This document shows positions 41,937 through 51,400 of a stretch of 64,000 bases of DNA, one piece after another. Position numbers and translations under genes: made by a program. This DNA comes from Melittangium boletus DSM 14713 (GTDB lineage: Bacteria; Myxococcota; Myxococcia; Myxococcales; Myxococcaceae): the NCBI RefSeq assembly GCF_002305855.1, contig NZ_CP022163.1, positions 7,067,765 to 7,131,764 on the forward strand, read 5' to 3'. The notes beneath the pieces were generated by a model. That model searched no databases. It was not told the origin of the DNA and worked only from the letters and a program-made list of their open reading frames with translations. Position 1 is the stretch's first letter; each line of letters starts with the position of its first letter.

Positions 41937-43372
41937 TGAATCGCCCCTCTTTCATGATGCGCCCCCTCCTCCTGGCCGCCGCCGCGGCGCTCTTCGCCGC
42001 GGGCTGCGCGGGCACCAAGGCCGCCGGTCCCACCACGGACGCCACCAAGTCGCTCAAGCCGAACGAGCCGCAGTCCATCTCCAACCGCGCCAAGCTCCTC
42101 TTCGAGGACGCGCTCGGTGCCTACGAGGCCCAGAAGAAGGCCGGCGCCATCGACTACCCGTCGCTGGAGCGCAAGTTCAACGCCGCGCTGAGCGCGGACT
42201 CGGGTCTGGCCGAGGCGCAGTACAACCTGGGTGTGCTCGCCGAGCGGCAGGGCAAGACCCAGGAGGCCATTGGTCACTACCAGGCGGCCCTCAAGACCAA
42301 GCCGTCGCTGCGTCAGGCCTCGGAGAACCTGGCGGTGATGGCGCAGAACGCCGGGGACGTGACCGGAGCGGTGTCCCTCTACCAGGGCATCCTGAAAATC
42401 TACCCGGACGACGCCAACAGCCGCGCGCGGCTCGCGGAGATCTACCGGCAGACGGGTGACCACGACAAGGCCATGGAGTTCGCGCGCGCGGCCCTCATGC
42501 GCGAGCCCCAGTCCGTCACCGCCTACAAGGTGATGATGCGCAGCTACCTCGAGCGCAGGCAGCTCGCCATGGCCAAGCTCGTGGCCCTGCGCGCGCTCAA
42601 GATCGACCAGAACGATCCCGAGCTGCACCACACCATCGGCCTCGTGCTCCTGCAGGAGGAGAAGAAGGACGATGCGCGCCTGGAGTTCAAGCGGGCCGTG
42701 GAGGTGCGCGCCGACTACGTTCCCTCGCACGTGGCGCTCGCCCAGCTGGAGCTGGACGTGGAGAACTACCCCGGCGCCGAGGCGCACCTGCGCCGCATCC
42801 TCCAGTCCAACAGCAAGAACGCCGCCGCGCACCTGAACCTGGGCGTCGCCCTCAAGGGCCAGGGCCAGTTCGACAAGGCCATGCAGGAGTATGACGAGGC
42901 GGAGAAGCTCGACCCGAACATGGCCGCCATCTACTTCAACCGCGCCGTGCTCCTGCACCGCAACAAGGGCGTGCCCGAGCGGGCCGTGGAGCTGTACCGC
43001 AAGTACGTGGCCCTGTCCGGAGGCGAGGTGGCGCTGCCCGCCGAGCACCCCCTGTTCGCGCTGATGCGCGAGGCGGAGTCCATCGTCCAGGCCCAGCGCG
43101 ACGCCGTCCTCCAGGAGGAGCAGGCCAAGAAGCTCGAGGAGCTGCAGAAGCAGCAGCAGGAACTCATGAAGGCCGAGGAGGCCAAGCAGGGCACGGTCAC
43201 CAACGCCGCGGGCACCGACGCCCCGGCGCCCACGCAGCCCGCGGCGGCCGTGCAGCCCGCGGGTGCCGCCGCCCCTGCCCCCGCCCCCGCCCCGGCGCCA
43301 GCTCCGGCGGGCTCTCCGCAGACAAATCCGCCCAAGGCGGATCCGAACGAGCCCTCCGACGACCTCTTCTAG
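41936..43372 (+). CDS. gltE: TPR lipoprotein, GltE/AglT-like
   Basis: 478 aa. Lipobox LFAAGCAG. Multiple TPR repeats. Ala/Pro-rich C-terminus (APAPAPAPAPAPAG). The start overlaps the preceding stop (TAATG). Confidence 0.75.
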   Translation: MNRPSFMMRPLLLAAAAALFAAGCAGTKAAGPTTDATKSLKPNEPQSISNRAKLLFEDALGAYEAQKKAGAIDYPSLERKFNAALSADSGLAEAQYNLGVLAERQGKTQEAIGHYQAALKTKPSLRQASENLAVMAQNAGDVTGAVSLYQGILKIYPDDANSRARLAEIYRQTGDHDKAMEFARAALMREPQSVTAYKVMMRSYLERRQLAMAKLVALRALKIDQNDPELHHTIGLVLLQEEKKDDARLEFKRAVEVRADYVPSHVALAQLELDVENYPGAEAHLRRILQSNSKNAAAHLNLGVALKGQGQFDKAMQEYDEAEKLDPNMAAIYFNRAVLLHRNKGVPERAVELYRKYVALSGGEVALPAEHPLFALMREAESIVQAQRDAVLQEEQAKKLEELQKQQQELMKAEEAKQGTVTNAAGTDAPAPTQPAAAVQPAGAAAPAPAPAPAPAPAGSPQTNPPKADPNEPSDDLF

Positions 43373-43435
43373 CGAGGGGTTTCGTGGTGCCAGTGGCGGG
43401 TAGGGGGGGATTGATGCGAACCTTCATGACGTACT

Positions 43436-43458
43436 CGGCCCGCCGGTGAGGCGGGCCG
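43436..43458 (+). promoter_or_regulatory. GC hairpin immediately 5' of the RBS of the small secreted-protein gene
   Basis: CGGCCCGC-cggtgag-GCGGGCCG is an 8-bp perfect stem. It is followed by ccGGAGAcagtgATG. It lies about 65 nt downstream of the gltE-like stop and has no U-tract. Confidence 0.3.
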
Positions 43459-43471
43459 CCCGGAGACAGTG

Positions 43472-43741
43472 ATGCGCAAGCTCCTGATGCTGTGTGGAAT
43501 GTTGACCGTGATGCCGGCCCTGGCCCAGGAGGAAGGGGCCGCGGGCGGCAAGCAGGCGGGGGGCAAGGCCGGCAAGGGCGGCCCCCAGACCATCGATTTC
43601 GAGGACGACACCATCGAGGGCGACCTCACCAAGCCGGACGGCGAGTACGTCGAGGCGCGCAAGAAGGTCCAGCACTCCAACCTCATCCGCATCCGCGAGG
43701 ACTTCGAGGACAAGGTGATGCAGTCCGTGGGCGAGCTTTGA
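43472..43741 (+). CDS. Small secreted protein (about 89 aa), GltF-like by position
   Basis: Signal peptide MRKLLMLCGMLTVMPALAQ. Acidic mature part (TIDFEDDTIEGDLTKPDGEYVEARKK). ATG at 43472; a GTG lies 3 nt upstream. Confidence 0.6.
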   Translation: MRKLLMLCGMLTVMPALAQEEGAAGGKQAGGKAGKGGPQTIDFEDDTIEGDLTKPDGEYVEARKKVQHSNLIRIREDFEDKVMQSVGEL

Positions 43742-43816
43742 TTCAACTCGCCGGGAACCCATCGCCGTCCGCGTTGTCCTAGCCCTCGTCATCAGCAGCC
43801 AATTTGGGGAACTGAA

Positions 43817-45742
43817 ATGCCCGTGCCTCTGACACTCAAGGTCTTCAAGGGTGACACCCTCGTCACCTCGAAGGACTTCGAGCGCGACATCATCAAGATC
43901 GGCCGTCTCGCCTCGGCGCACCTGTGCCTGGAAGACGACAAGGTGAGCCGCATCCACTCCGTCATCGAGGTGGCCTCCGACGGCAGCCTGTCGATCATCG
44001 ACATGGGCAGCGTCGAGGGCACCTACGTCAACGGCAAGCGGGTCAACAAGGGCCAGCTGTCGTTCGGCGATGAGATCAAGGTGGGTGGAACCACCATCCG
44101 CCTGGAGGACACCACGGCCATCGCCGCGGCGAACCTCTCCGTGGCCGCCGCGAGCACCTCGCCCACGCCCACGCCCGCTCCGGCCCAGACGCCGACGCCC
44201 GAGCTGGGGGCGAATCTCGCTCAGGCCGCCATCTCGCCGGCCAAGGCCGCGACGCCCGCTCCGGTGGTGACGCAGGCCGCTGCAGCGCCCGTCGCCGCGA
44301 CTCCCGCGCCCGTCGCCGCGCCCAAGGCCGCCGCCCAGCCGGTGGCCGCCGCCGTGGAGACGTCGGCCGAGGCGCCCGCGCCGCGCGTGCGCCGCGTGGC
44401 GAGCAAGCGCAACGGTCCGCTCGGCCTGGGCGTGCACTTCATGTGGGGTGATCAGCGCGTGGGGGATTTCTTCCTCGCGCCGGGCCAGAAGCGTGCCTTC
44501 TCCGTGGGCAGCGCCAAGGGCGTGGACTTCATCATGGGCGACTCCAAGCTGGGCTCGGAGCGCTTCGAGGTGGTGCGCACGGACGGCCAGTCCTTCACCG
44601 TGCTCTTCACCTCCAAGATGAAGGGCGAGCTCGTGCGCAAGGGCGAGACGCACGACCTCAAGGACAAGGCGAGCGCCGAGGGTGATGCCTACGCCATCAC
44701 GCTCAAGGACGACGACTTCCTCGCGGTGGACCTGGGCGGCGTGACGCTGGAGGCCTGCTTCGAGTCCGTGCCCAAGAAGGCCTGGGCGCCGGTGGGCGAG
44801 TCGGTGGACTTCTCCGTCATCAACGTCTTCCTGGTGCTCTTCTTCCTCGCGTCGATGTTCGTCATCAGCGCCAGCAACCTGGCCGCGGCGGGCGAGCAGT
44901 TCACGGACGAGCTGGCGGGCAACAACGCGCGCCTCGCCAAGCTCATCGTCAAGCCGCCCGAGACGCAGAAGAACAAGTTCCTCGAGAAGCTCAACCAGCA
45001 GAAGGCCGAGAAGCAGGCCGAGAAGGCCAAGGCCAAGAAGGAAGACACCCAGCAGGCCAAGAAGGAGGTCGTCAAGCCCACGCCCGCCAACGCCACCAAG
45101 GCGGACAAGAAGGCCGAGGCGAAGAACATGGCGGCCAAGATCTTCGGCGGCAAGGGTGGCGCCGCGAGCCTGTTCGCCGGTGGCGGCCTGGGTGGAGACC
45201 TCAAGGGCGCCATGGGCAACATGTTCGGCGCCAAGACGGGCGGCGTGAGCAACGGCCTGGTGGGCATGGGTCTGCGCGGCGGTGGCGGTGGCGGTGGCGG
45301 CGGTGACGTGGTCGGCATCGGCAGCGTGGGCACCAAGGGCCGCGCGGGTGGCGTGAGCGGCTACGGCACGGGCATGGGCAGCCTGGGCGGCACCAAGCAG
45401 AGCGTGGAGGTGGGCATCGCGGCCGAGGAGGCCACGGTGAGCGGTTCGCTCGACAAGGAACTCATCCGCCAGGTCATCCAGCGCAACCGCGGGCAGATCC
45501 GCTTCTGCTACGAGAGCCTCCTCAACCGCTTCCCGAAGCTGGGCGGCAAGGTGGCCATCCGCTTCACCATCGCGACCGAGGGCAACGTGGTGACCTCGTC
45601 CGTGGCCCAGTCCACGGCGGGCAACTCCGAGCTGGAGCAGTGCGTGGCCGGCCGTGTGCGCACCTGGACGTTCCCCAAGCCCAAGGGCGGCGGCTCCGTG
45701 GTCGTCACCTACCCGTTCATCTTCAAGGCGGCGGGCGAGTAG
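43817..45742 (+). CDS. gltG: FHA-domain / transmembrane / TonB-C-like protein, GltG/PglI-like
   Basis: N-terminal FHA (KIGRLASAHLCLEDDKVSRIHSVIEV...GSVEGTYVNGKRV). Ala/Pro-rich linker. TM segment (FSVINVFLVLFFLASMFVISA). Lys-rich and Gly-rich periplasmic linker. C-terminal AgmX/PglI-type domain (ELIRQVIQRNRGQIRFCYE...VVVTYPFIFKAAGE). Confidence 0.8.
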   Translation: MPVPLTLKVFKGDTLVTSKDFERDIIKIGRLASAHLCLEDDKVSRIHSVIEVASDGSLSIIDMGSVEGTYVNGKRVNKGQLSFGDEIKVGGTTIRLEDTTAIAAANLSVAAASTSPTPTPAPAQTPTPELGANLAQAAISPAKAATPAPVVTQAAAAPVAATPAPVAAPKAAAQPVAAAVETSAEAPAPRVRRVASKRNGPLGLGVHFMWGDQRVGDFFLAPGQKRAFSVGSAKGVDFIMGDSKLGSERFEVVRTDGQSFTVLFTSKMKGELVRKGETHDLKDKASAEGDAYAITLKDDDFLAVDLGGVTLEACFESVPKKAWAPVGESVDFSVINVFLVLFFLASMFVISASNLAAAGEQFTDELAGNNARLAKLIVKPPETQKNKFLEKLNQQKAEKQAEKAKAKKEDTQQAKKEVVKPTPANATKADKKAEAKNMAAKIFGGKGGAASLFAGGGLGGDLKGAMGNMFGAKTGGVSNGLVGMGLRGGGGGGGGGDVVGIGSVGTKGRAGGVSGYGTGMGSLGGTKQSVEVGIAAEEATVSGSLDKELIRQVIQRNRGQIRFCYESLLNRFPKLGGKVAIRFTIATEGNVVTSSVAQSTAGNSELEQCVAGRVRTWTFPKPKGGGSVVVTYPFIFKAAGE

Positions 45743-45764
45743 CCCTCCTCTGAGTGGAAACATC

Positions 45765-45808
45765 CAAGTGGGCGGTTCCGTTCATCCGGAGCCGCCCACT
45801 TGCTTTTT
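45765..45808 (+). terminator. Rho-independent terminator after the gltG-like gene
   Basis: CAAGTGGGCGG-(16-nt loop)-CCGCCCACTTG is a perfect 11-bp stem followed by CTTTTTGG. It starts 23 nt after the stop. Confidence 0.65.
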
Positions 45809-45851
45809 GGCGCTGGCGTCTGGGGGCCCATGGGCTAACTTCGGTTCCCGA

Positions 45852-46466
45852 ATGAAAGCCCTTCGCCCCGTCGTCATTTGCGCCGCCCTGGCTGTTCCCG
45901 CGCTGGCTCATGCGCAGGCCGCCGGTGACAGGCCCGCCGACAACTATGAAGAAATCGAGCGTGGCCTCTATTTCTCGGTGCTCGGTGGTCCGTCCTTTGT
46001 CGTCAATCCTCCCGCGACCTCGGGTCCGCGTCCTTTCGCCGCCGGGCAGATGGCCTCGGTGGAGGTTGGCGTGGATTTCGGCGAGCGCTTGTCGCTCGGT
46101 CTGTTCGTGATGGGAGCCACCAACCGCGCGGGCTCGGAGTACACGGGCAACTCGGATGGCGCGGCCTCCGGCGACTTCTCCACCCTGGTGCCGGGCGCCG
46201 TGGCGCGCGTGCATCTGGTGGGACTCGCCGACGCGCAGGAGGTCAAGCGCACCTGGTTCTACGTGCGGGGTGGGGCGGGTTACGCCATGTTCGCGCCCAA
46301 GCAACTCCTGCCCGACTCCGACATTCTGGTGTTCCTGGGTCCGGGAGTGGAGTACTACACGCGCCTGCGCCACTTCTCGATTGGTGTCGAAGTGACGGGC
46401 AGCTTTCTGGTCAAGTCTCAGTCTTTCGGGTTCGCGCTGACGCCGAACCTTCGCTACGCGTTCTAG
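45852..46466 (+). CDS. Outer-membrane beta-barrel protein, GltH-like
   Basis: Signal peptide MKALRPVVICAALAVPALAHAQ. Alternating hydrophobic beta-strand pattern. C-terminal aromatic residue (NLRYAF). ATG at 45852, in frame with the ORF-track entry starting at 45654. Confidence 0.7.
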   Translation: MKALRPVVICAALAVPALAHAQAAGDRPADNYEEIERGLYFSVLGGPSFVVNPPATSGPRPFAAGQMASVEVGVDFGERLSLGLFVMGATNRAGSEYTGNSDGAASGDFSTLVPGAVARVHLVGLADAQEVKRTWFYVRGGAGYAMFAPKQLLPDSDILVFLGPGVEYYTRLRHFSIGVEVTGSFLVKSQSFGFALTPNLRYAF

Positions 46467-46478
46467 CGGGAGAATCAC

Positions 46479-48335
46479 GTGCCTCAGGAGAATGGAAGCG
46501 GTGGACCACGCGGTGGTCGGGGCCCGGGCGGTGGACCCGGCCAGGGTCCTCGCCGGGATGGTCCGGGTGGGGGGTTCGGGGGTCGTGACGGTGGCCGGGG
46601 CCGGGGTGAAGGCCGCGGCGGCCGGGGCCGGGATCGGGCGGAAGGGCCCGTGGGTCCGGGTCAGCGCATCATCGCCGAGCTGAGCGGCCTGGAGAAGGCC
46701 CTGGGCAAGGGTGATCTCGTCGGCGAGAAGCAGCCGCTCGAGGCCATCGTGCGCTCGCTGCGCTCCCTGCGGGTGAAGTCGCTCGACGAGCTGGAGCTCA
46801 ACGTCAAGGGTCGGCTCATGACCACGCTGCTGCGGGTGCAGCGTCAGACGAAGCCGGCCCAGCCGGAGGCTCCGTCGGAAGCGGCTCCGTCGGCCGCCGC
46901 CGAGGGCGCGGAAGCTCCCGCGGCACAGGAGGCCCCGCCGGCCGCCGCCGAGGGCGCGGAGGCTCCCGCCGCGAGCGAGGCGCCGGCGCCGGCGGCCCCG
47001 GCGGTGGACCCCGCGAAGGAGAAGTTCCAGGCCTATGGCGACGTGCTCTACCTGGTGGGCCGCGCCTGGCGTGCCGCCGGTGACGCGGAGCGTTCCTCCG
47101 CGGCGTTCGCGCTGAGTGGCCGTTCCGTCGAGCCCGAGCGTGAGGAGCCCGCCGCCGCGCGTCCCGCGAGTGAGCGTCCCGAGGGGGAGCGTCGCGAGCG
47201 GCGTGAGCGTCCCGAGGGCGAGCGGCGCGAGCGGCGTGAGCGTCCCGAGGGCGAGCGGCGCGAGCGGCGTGAGCGTCCCGAGGGCGAGCGTCGCGAGCGG
47301 CGTGAGCGTCCCGAGGGGGAGCGCCGTCCTCAGCCCGAGCTGACGGGTGATTGGCAGGAGCAGGTCAAGCAGCTCGAGGGCATGGGCCGTACCCGCGACG
47401 CGGCGCGCATGCACGAGCGCAACAACTCCTTCGCCGAGGCCACGCGCCTCTTCGAGGCGGGCGGAGATCTGAAGAGCGCGCTGCGCACGGCGCTGGCGGG
47501 CAAGGACAACGACGCCGCCCGGCGCCTCACCGCCACGGTTCCCCCCGAGCAGCTCGCCCAGGTGCTCGAGAAGGCGGGCGCCTACGAACTGCTGATGGAG
47601 ATCTACATCGGCAAGGGTGACTTCGAGAACGTCGCCCGGTTGTACGAGCGGGCCCGTCAGTTCGATCAGGCGGCGCTCGCCTACGAGCGCGCGGGGAAGC
47701 TGTCCCTGGCGCGCAAGGCGTACGAGCGCTCGCGGGACTTCGCCGCGGCCAACCGCATCCGGGACCTCGAGGTGAAGGCCCTGGTGGAGCGGGGAGATCG
47801 GCTCGGAGCGGCCACCCTGCTGGTGACCGCTGGACGTCGTCAGGACGCCGTGGAGGTGCTGGGGTCGCTGCCTCCGCCCAAGGCCTTCCACTTCCTGCAG
47901 CGGCTCAAGTTGGACGAGGAGGCCAAGGCCCTCGCCCAGAAGGAGCTGGCGCGTGCCGAGGCGGAGAACAAGCCCGCTGGCCGTGCCCGGTGGTTGGAAC
48001 TGCTCGGCGAGTCCGCCACCGCGGCGGCGCTCTACGAGGAGATCGGCCGCAAGGAGAAGGCCCTCGGCCTGTTCGAGCTGATCGGCCACCTGCCCAAGGC
48101 CGCGGCCCTCGCGGAGGAATTGCAGCTCCGGGATCGCGCCATCGCCCTGTACACGAAGCTCGGCGACAACGCGGGCGTGGAGCGTTCCCAGTCCCTGCCC
48201 GCCACGCCTCCCGCCAAGCGGCCGGCGGATGCCGCGGCGGCCGCCGAAGAGGCCGAAGAGACTGGGGGGGCCGAAACGCCGGTCGCCGGACAGAGCTCGT
48301 CCGCTCCTGCTACTGACGGGCAAGAAAGCCAATAA
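46479..48335 (+). CDS. Repeat-rich protein with an N-terminal RGG/Gly-Arg low-complexity region, tandem ERPEGERRERR repeats and a C-terminal TPR-like helical domain
   Basis: GTG start with GGGAGA 7 nt upstream. The N-terminus reads GGRGPGGGPGQGPRRDGPGGGFGGRDGGRGRGEGRGGRGRDR. Five 11-aa repeats. C-terminal helical repeats (AYELLMEIYIGKGDFENVARLYERARQFDQAALAYERAGKLSLARKAYERSRDF). Confidence 0.7.
   Translation: MPQENGSGGPRGGRGPGGGPGQGPRRDGPGGGFGGRDGGRGRGEGRGGRGRDRAEGPVGPGQRIIAELSGLEKALGKGDLVGEKQPLEAIVRSLRSLRVKSLDELELNVKGRLMTTLLRVQRQTKPAQPEAPSEAAPSAAAEGAEAPAAQEAPPAAAEGAEAPAASEAPAPAAPAVDPAKEKFQAYGDVLYLVGRAWRAAGDAERSSAAFALSGRSVEPEREEPAAARPASERPEGERRERRERPEGERRERRERPEGERRERRERPEGERRERRERPEGERRPQPELTGDWQEQVKQLEGMGRTRDAARMHERNNSFAEATRLFEAGGDLKSALRTALAGKDNDAARRLTATVPPEQLAQVLEKAGAYELLMEIYIGKGDFENVARLYERARQFDQAALAYERAGKLSLARKAYERSRDFAAANRIRDLEVKALVERGDRLGAATLLVTAGRRQDAVEVLGSLPPPKAFHFLQRLKLDEEAKALAQKELARAEAENKPAGRARWLELLGESATAAALYEEIGRKEKALGLFELIGHLPKAAALAEELQLRDRAIALYTKLGDNAGVERSQSLPATPPAKRPADAAAAAEEAEETGGAETPVAGQSSSAPATDGQESQ
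47172..47333 (+). repeat. Tandem 33-bp direct repeat (about 4.9 copies) inside the 46479..48335 CDS
   Basis: gagcgtcccgagggcgagcggcgcgagcggcgt repeated head-to-tail with 1-3 substitutions per copy. It encodes (ERPEGERRERR)n. An imperfect 2-copy 45-bp repeat (AAEGAEAPAA...) lies upstream at about 46891-46990. Confidence 0.9.
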
Positions 48336-48369
48336 ATCTCGACAGTTGGCGGGATTTACGCGATTGCGA

Positions 48370-48418
48370 GGGGCGGGTGGCGGGCGATAGAGTGCCGCTC
48401 TCCCGCCCCTTTCTTTTT
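48370..48418 (+). terminator. Rho-independent-type terminator abutting the RBS of the giant gltI-like gene
   Basis: GGGGCGGG-(24-nt loop)-CCCGCCCC is a perfect 8-bp GC stem followed by TTTCTTTTT. The gltI-like ATG is 18 nt further on (GCGAGG RBS). Confidence 0.6.
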
Positions 48419-48435
48419 CGCGAGGCTTTCTTTTC

Positions 48436-51400
48436 ATGGATCTGTCGAACCTCCGCCGACCCGCCGAGCGTGGTGTCTCCGACCGGCCTTTCGCCGAGGT
48501 AGAGGCCTCTCTCGAAAAAGCGGGGCGCGTCGAGGATCTCATCCGTCTCTACGAGGGTCACGCGCGTGAGACGTCCGGCGCCGAGGCGGCGCGTGTGTTG
48601 GTTCGCGCGGGGCAGCTCGCCCAGGAGCGCTTGCGCAATCCGGCTCGCTCCGAGGAACTCCTGCGCCACGCGTTGTTGCTCGCCGAGGACCCGCGCCCCG
48701 CGCTGCTCGGATTGAAGGCCGTTCACGAGTCCCGCCAGGACACGAGCGCGCTCGTCGACGTGTTGGAGCGCCTGGGCGCGCTGAGCCAGGGGGAGGAGGC
48801 CTCGGCCTTCTTCCAGCAAGCGGCGACGTTGCACGAGCAGAAGCTCTTCCGGCGGGATCGCGCCGTGCTGTGTCTGCAGCGCGCGGTGCGCGCGATGCCG
48901 GACCGGGCCATCTTCAAGCGCGCGCGTCAGTTGCTCCTCGTCGAGGAGCGCTTCCAGCCCATCTTCGAATTGCTCGAGCGTGAGCGGACCACGTTGGGCG
49001 GCGACGGGATGGCGGAGGAGTACGCCGCGTTCTGCGAGCGGTTGGTGGAAGATCCCACCGAGCACGCGCTCGCTCAGCGGGCCCTGGCCGTGCTGCGGCA
49101 ACTCGAGCCGGAGAACCCCCGCGCGGAGAAGGTCTCGCAGACGATGCAGCGCTTCGAGCAGACGTGGCGCGATCGCGCCCGCACGCTGCGCGGCATGTCG
49201 CTCGAGGAGCGGGATCGCAAGAGCGCGGCGCGGCTGTCACTGCTGGTGGCCAAGCTGCACGCGTGGTTCGAGCCGGACGTGGCGGAGAAGGTGGAGGAGG
49301 CGCTCGAGCGCTGCTTCCTGCTGTGGCCGGGGATGCCCGATGCCCTCAACCTCATCGAGCGTCTCGCCGAGCGCAAGGGGGACTTCGGTCCGGCCCAGGA
49401 GTGGCTGGAGGGACTGGCCACGGATGCTCGCGAGCGGAGTGTCCAGGCGGAGTTGTGGCTGCGGCTGGGGACCCTGCGCCTCACGCGGCTCAACGACTCG
49501 GCCGGAGCGCTCGCCGCCTTCGAGAAGGCCACGTCCGTGGACCCCTCTCGCGCGGACGTGGCGAGCCTCGGCGCGGAGTTGCTGCTGGAGCAGGAGCGCG
49601 CCGAGGACGCGCTCGCCATGTTGGAGCGCTCCCTGGGCTCGGTGAAGGATCGGGCGACGCAGGTGTCCTTGCGCCTGCGGTTGGCGGAACTCTGCCTGCA
49701 GCTGAGGAATGGGCCCGCGATGCGCGCCCACCTGGAGACGGTGCTCAAGTTGGAGCCCTTCAACGCCCAGGCGGCCTTCCTTCTCGCCCGGCTCCTGGCG
49801 GACCAGGAGGAACTCGCGGCACTGGAGCCCTTGCTGGACCTGGCGATGCTCGCGCCTCGCTCGCGCTCCGAGCGCGTGGCGCTTTGCGAGACGCTGGCGG
49901 CCCTCTACGAGGAGGCGGATGACGCGCGGGGCGCCTTCGAGGTGCTGGCGCGCGCCCTCGCGCTGGAGCCCGCCCGTCCCCTGCTGCTCGAGTCGGTGGT
50001 GGAGAACGCGAACAAGGCGCACGCGGAGCCCGCGCTCGCGACGGCGCTGCGGCGGGCGGCCCTGGTCGCGCTGCCTCCCGAGGCGGCCATTCCGCTCTGG
50101 CGCCACCTCGCCCAGTTGCTGCAGGGGCCGCTGGCGGACCCCGCGGGGGCCGAGGCCGCCTGGAAGGAAGTGCTCGCGCGCGCTCCGGGTGACAGTGCCG
50201 CGCAGGAGGCGGTGCGCGCGCTGCGTGCCGCCGCGGCGATCTCGGCGGATCCCAAGCTGCGCCTGGAGGCCGAGCTGGTCCGGCGCGAGGCCGAGGGCGC
50301 GACGCCCGCCGAGCTGGAGCCGACGGTTCGCGAGCTGGTGAAGCTCGCTCCGGACGACCTGGCCGGTCTGCGGCGTCTGCAGATGGTGTGCGCGGCGGTG
50401 TCGAAGGTCGAGGAGGCCGCGGAGCTGGCCGGACGGCTCGCGAAGCTGGCCGAGACCCAGGTGGAGCGCAGCGACTGGTCCTCGCGTCAGGCGCGCCTCT
50501 TCGCCGAGCGGCTCAACCGCCCGCAGGAGGCCGCGGCCCTCTTCCTCCAGCTCCTCTCGGAGAACGTGTCCACGGGCGTGGTGCTGGGTGGGCTCGAGCG
50601 GCTCATGGCGGCCAAGGTGCGCACGGCGGAGATCGCCGAGGCGCTCGCCCGTCACTATGGCCGTCAGGGAGACCCCCAGCGGCAGGCCTCCGCGCTCCTG
50701 CAGCAGCTCGAGGTCACGACGGACGGGGCGGTGCGGCAGCGGCTGTTCGCCCAGATCGCCAACCTCCAGGAGACGCAACTCGCGGATGGACGCTCGGCGT
50801 TCGACCTGCGCGTGAAGGCGTTGCGCGAGACGCCCACGGACGAGGTGAACCGCGCCGAGCTGGCGCGTCTGGCGCGGGAGCTGTCCGCCCACGCCGAGCT
50901 GGTGCGCGTGTTGCGCGCCCTGGCGGGCGAGACGGAGACTCCGGCGCTCGCCGTTCAACTGCTCTCCGAGACCTCGAAGCTGGCCGAGGAGTCCAACGCC
51001 CTTCCGGAAGCCATTGGCGCGCTGGAGGCGGCGCTGCAGCGGGTGCCCGAATCGTCCGATGTCCTGGGCCGGCTCATCGCCCTGTACACCAAGGCGGGTC
51101 GGGCGGCGGAGGCGGACGCCCTCCTGCGCAAGCGCATCCTGACGGCCACTCGCGCGGAGAAGGTCGAGCTGTTGATGCAGCTCGTGGACCTCAACGCGGG
51201 CCTGGGTCGTCCGCTGCAGGCCGCCGAGGCGCTGCAGTCCGCCATCCAGTCCGGCGCGGACGAGGTGCGCCACCTGCCGCTGCTGGCCGAGCTGTACGAG
51301 AAGGCGGACCGCAAGCCCGAGTGGGGTGAGGTGCTCGCCCGGCAGATCGCGCTCGCGGAGGACGCGGGGGACCTGGACCGGGTGGCGCGCCTGACGCTCA

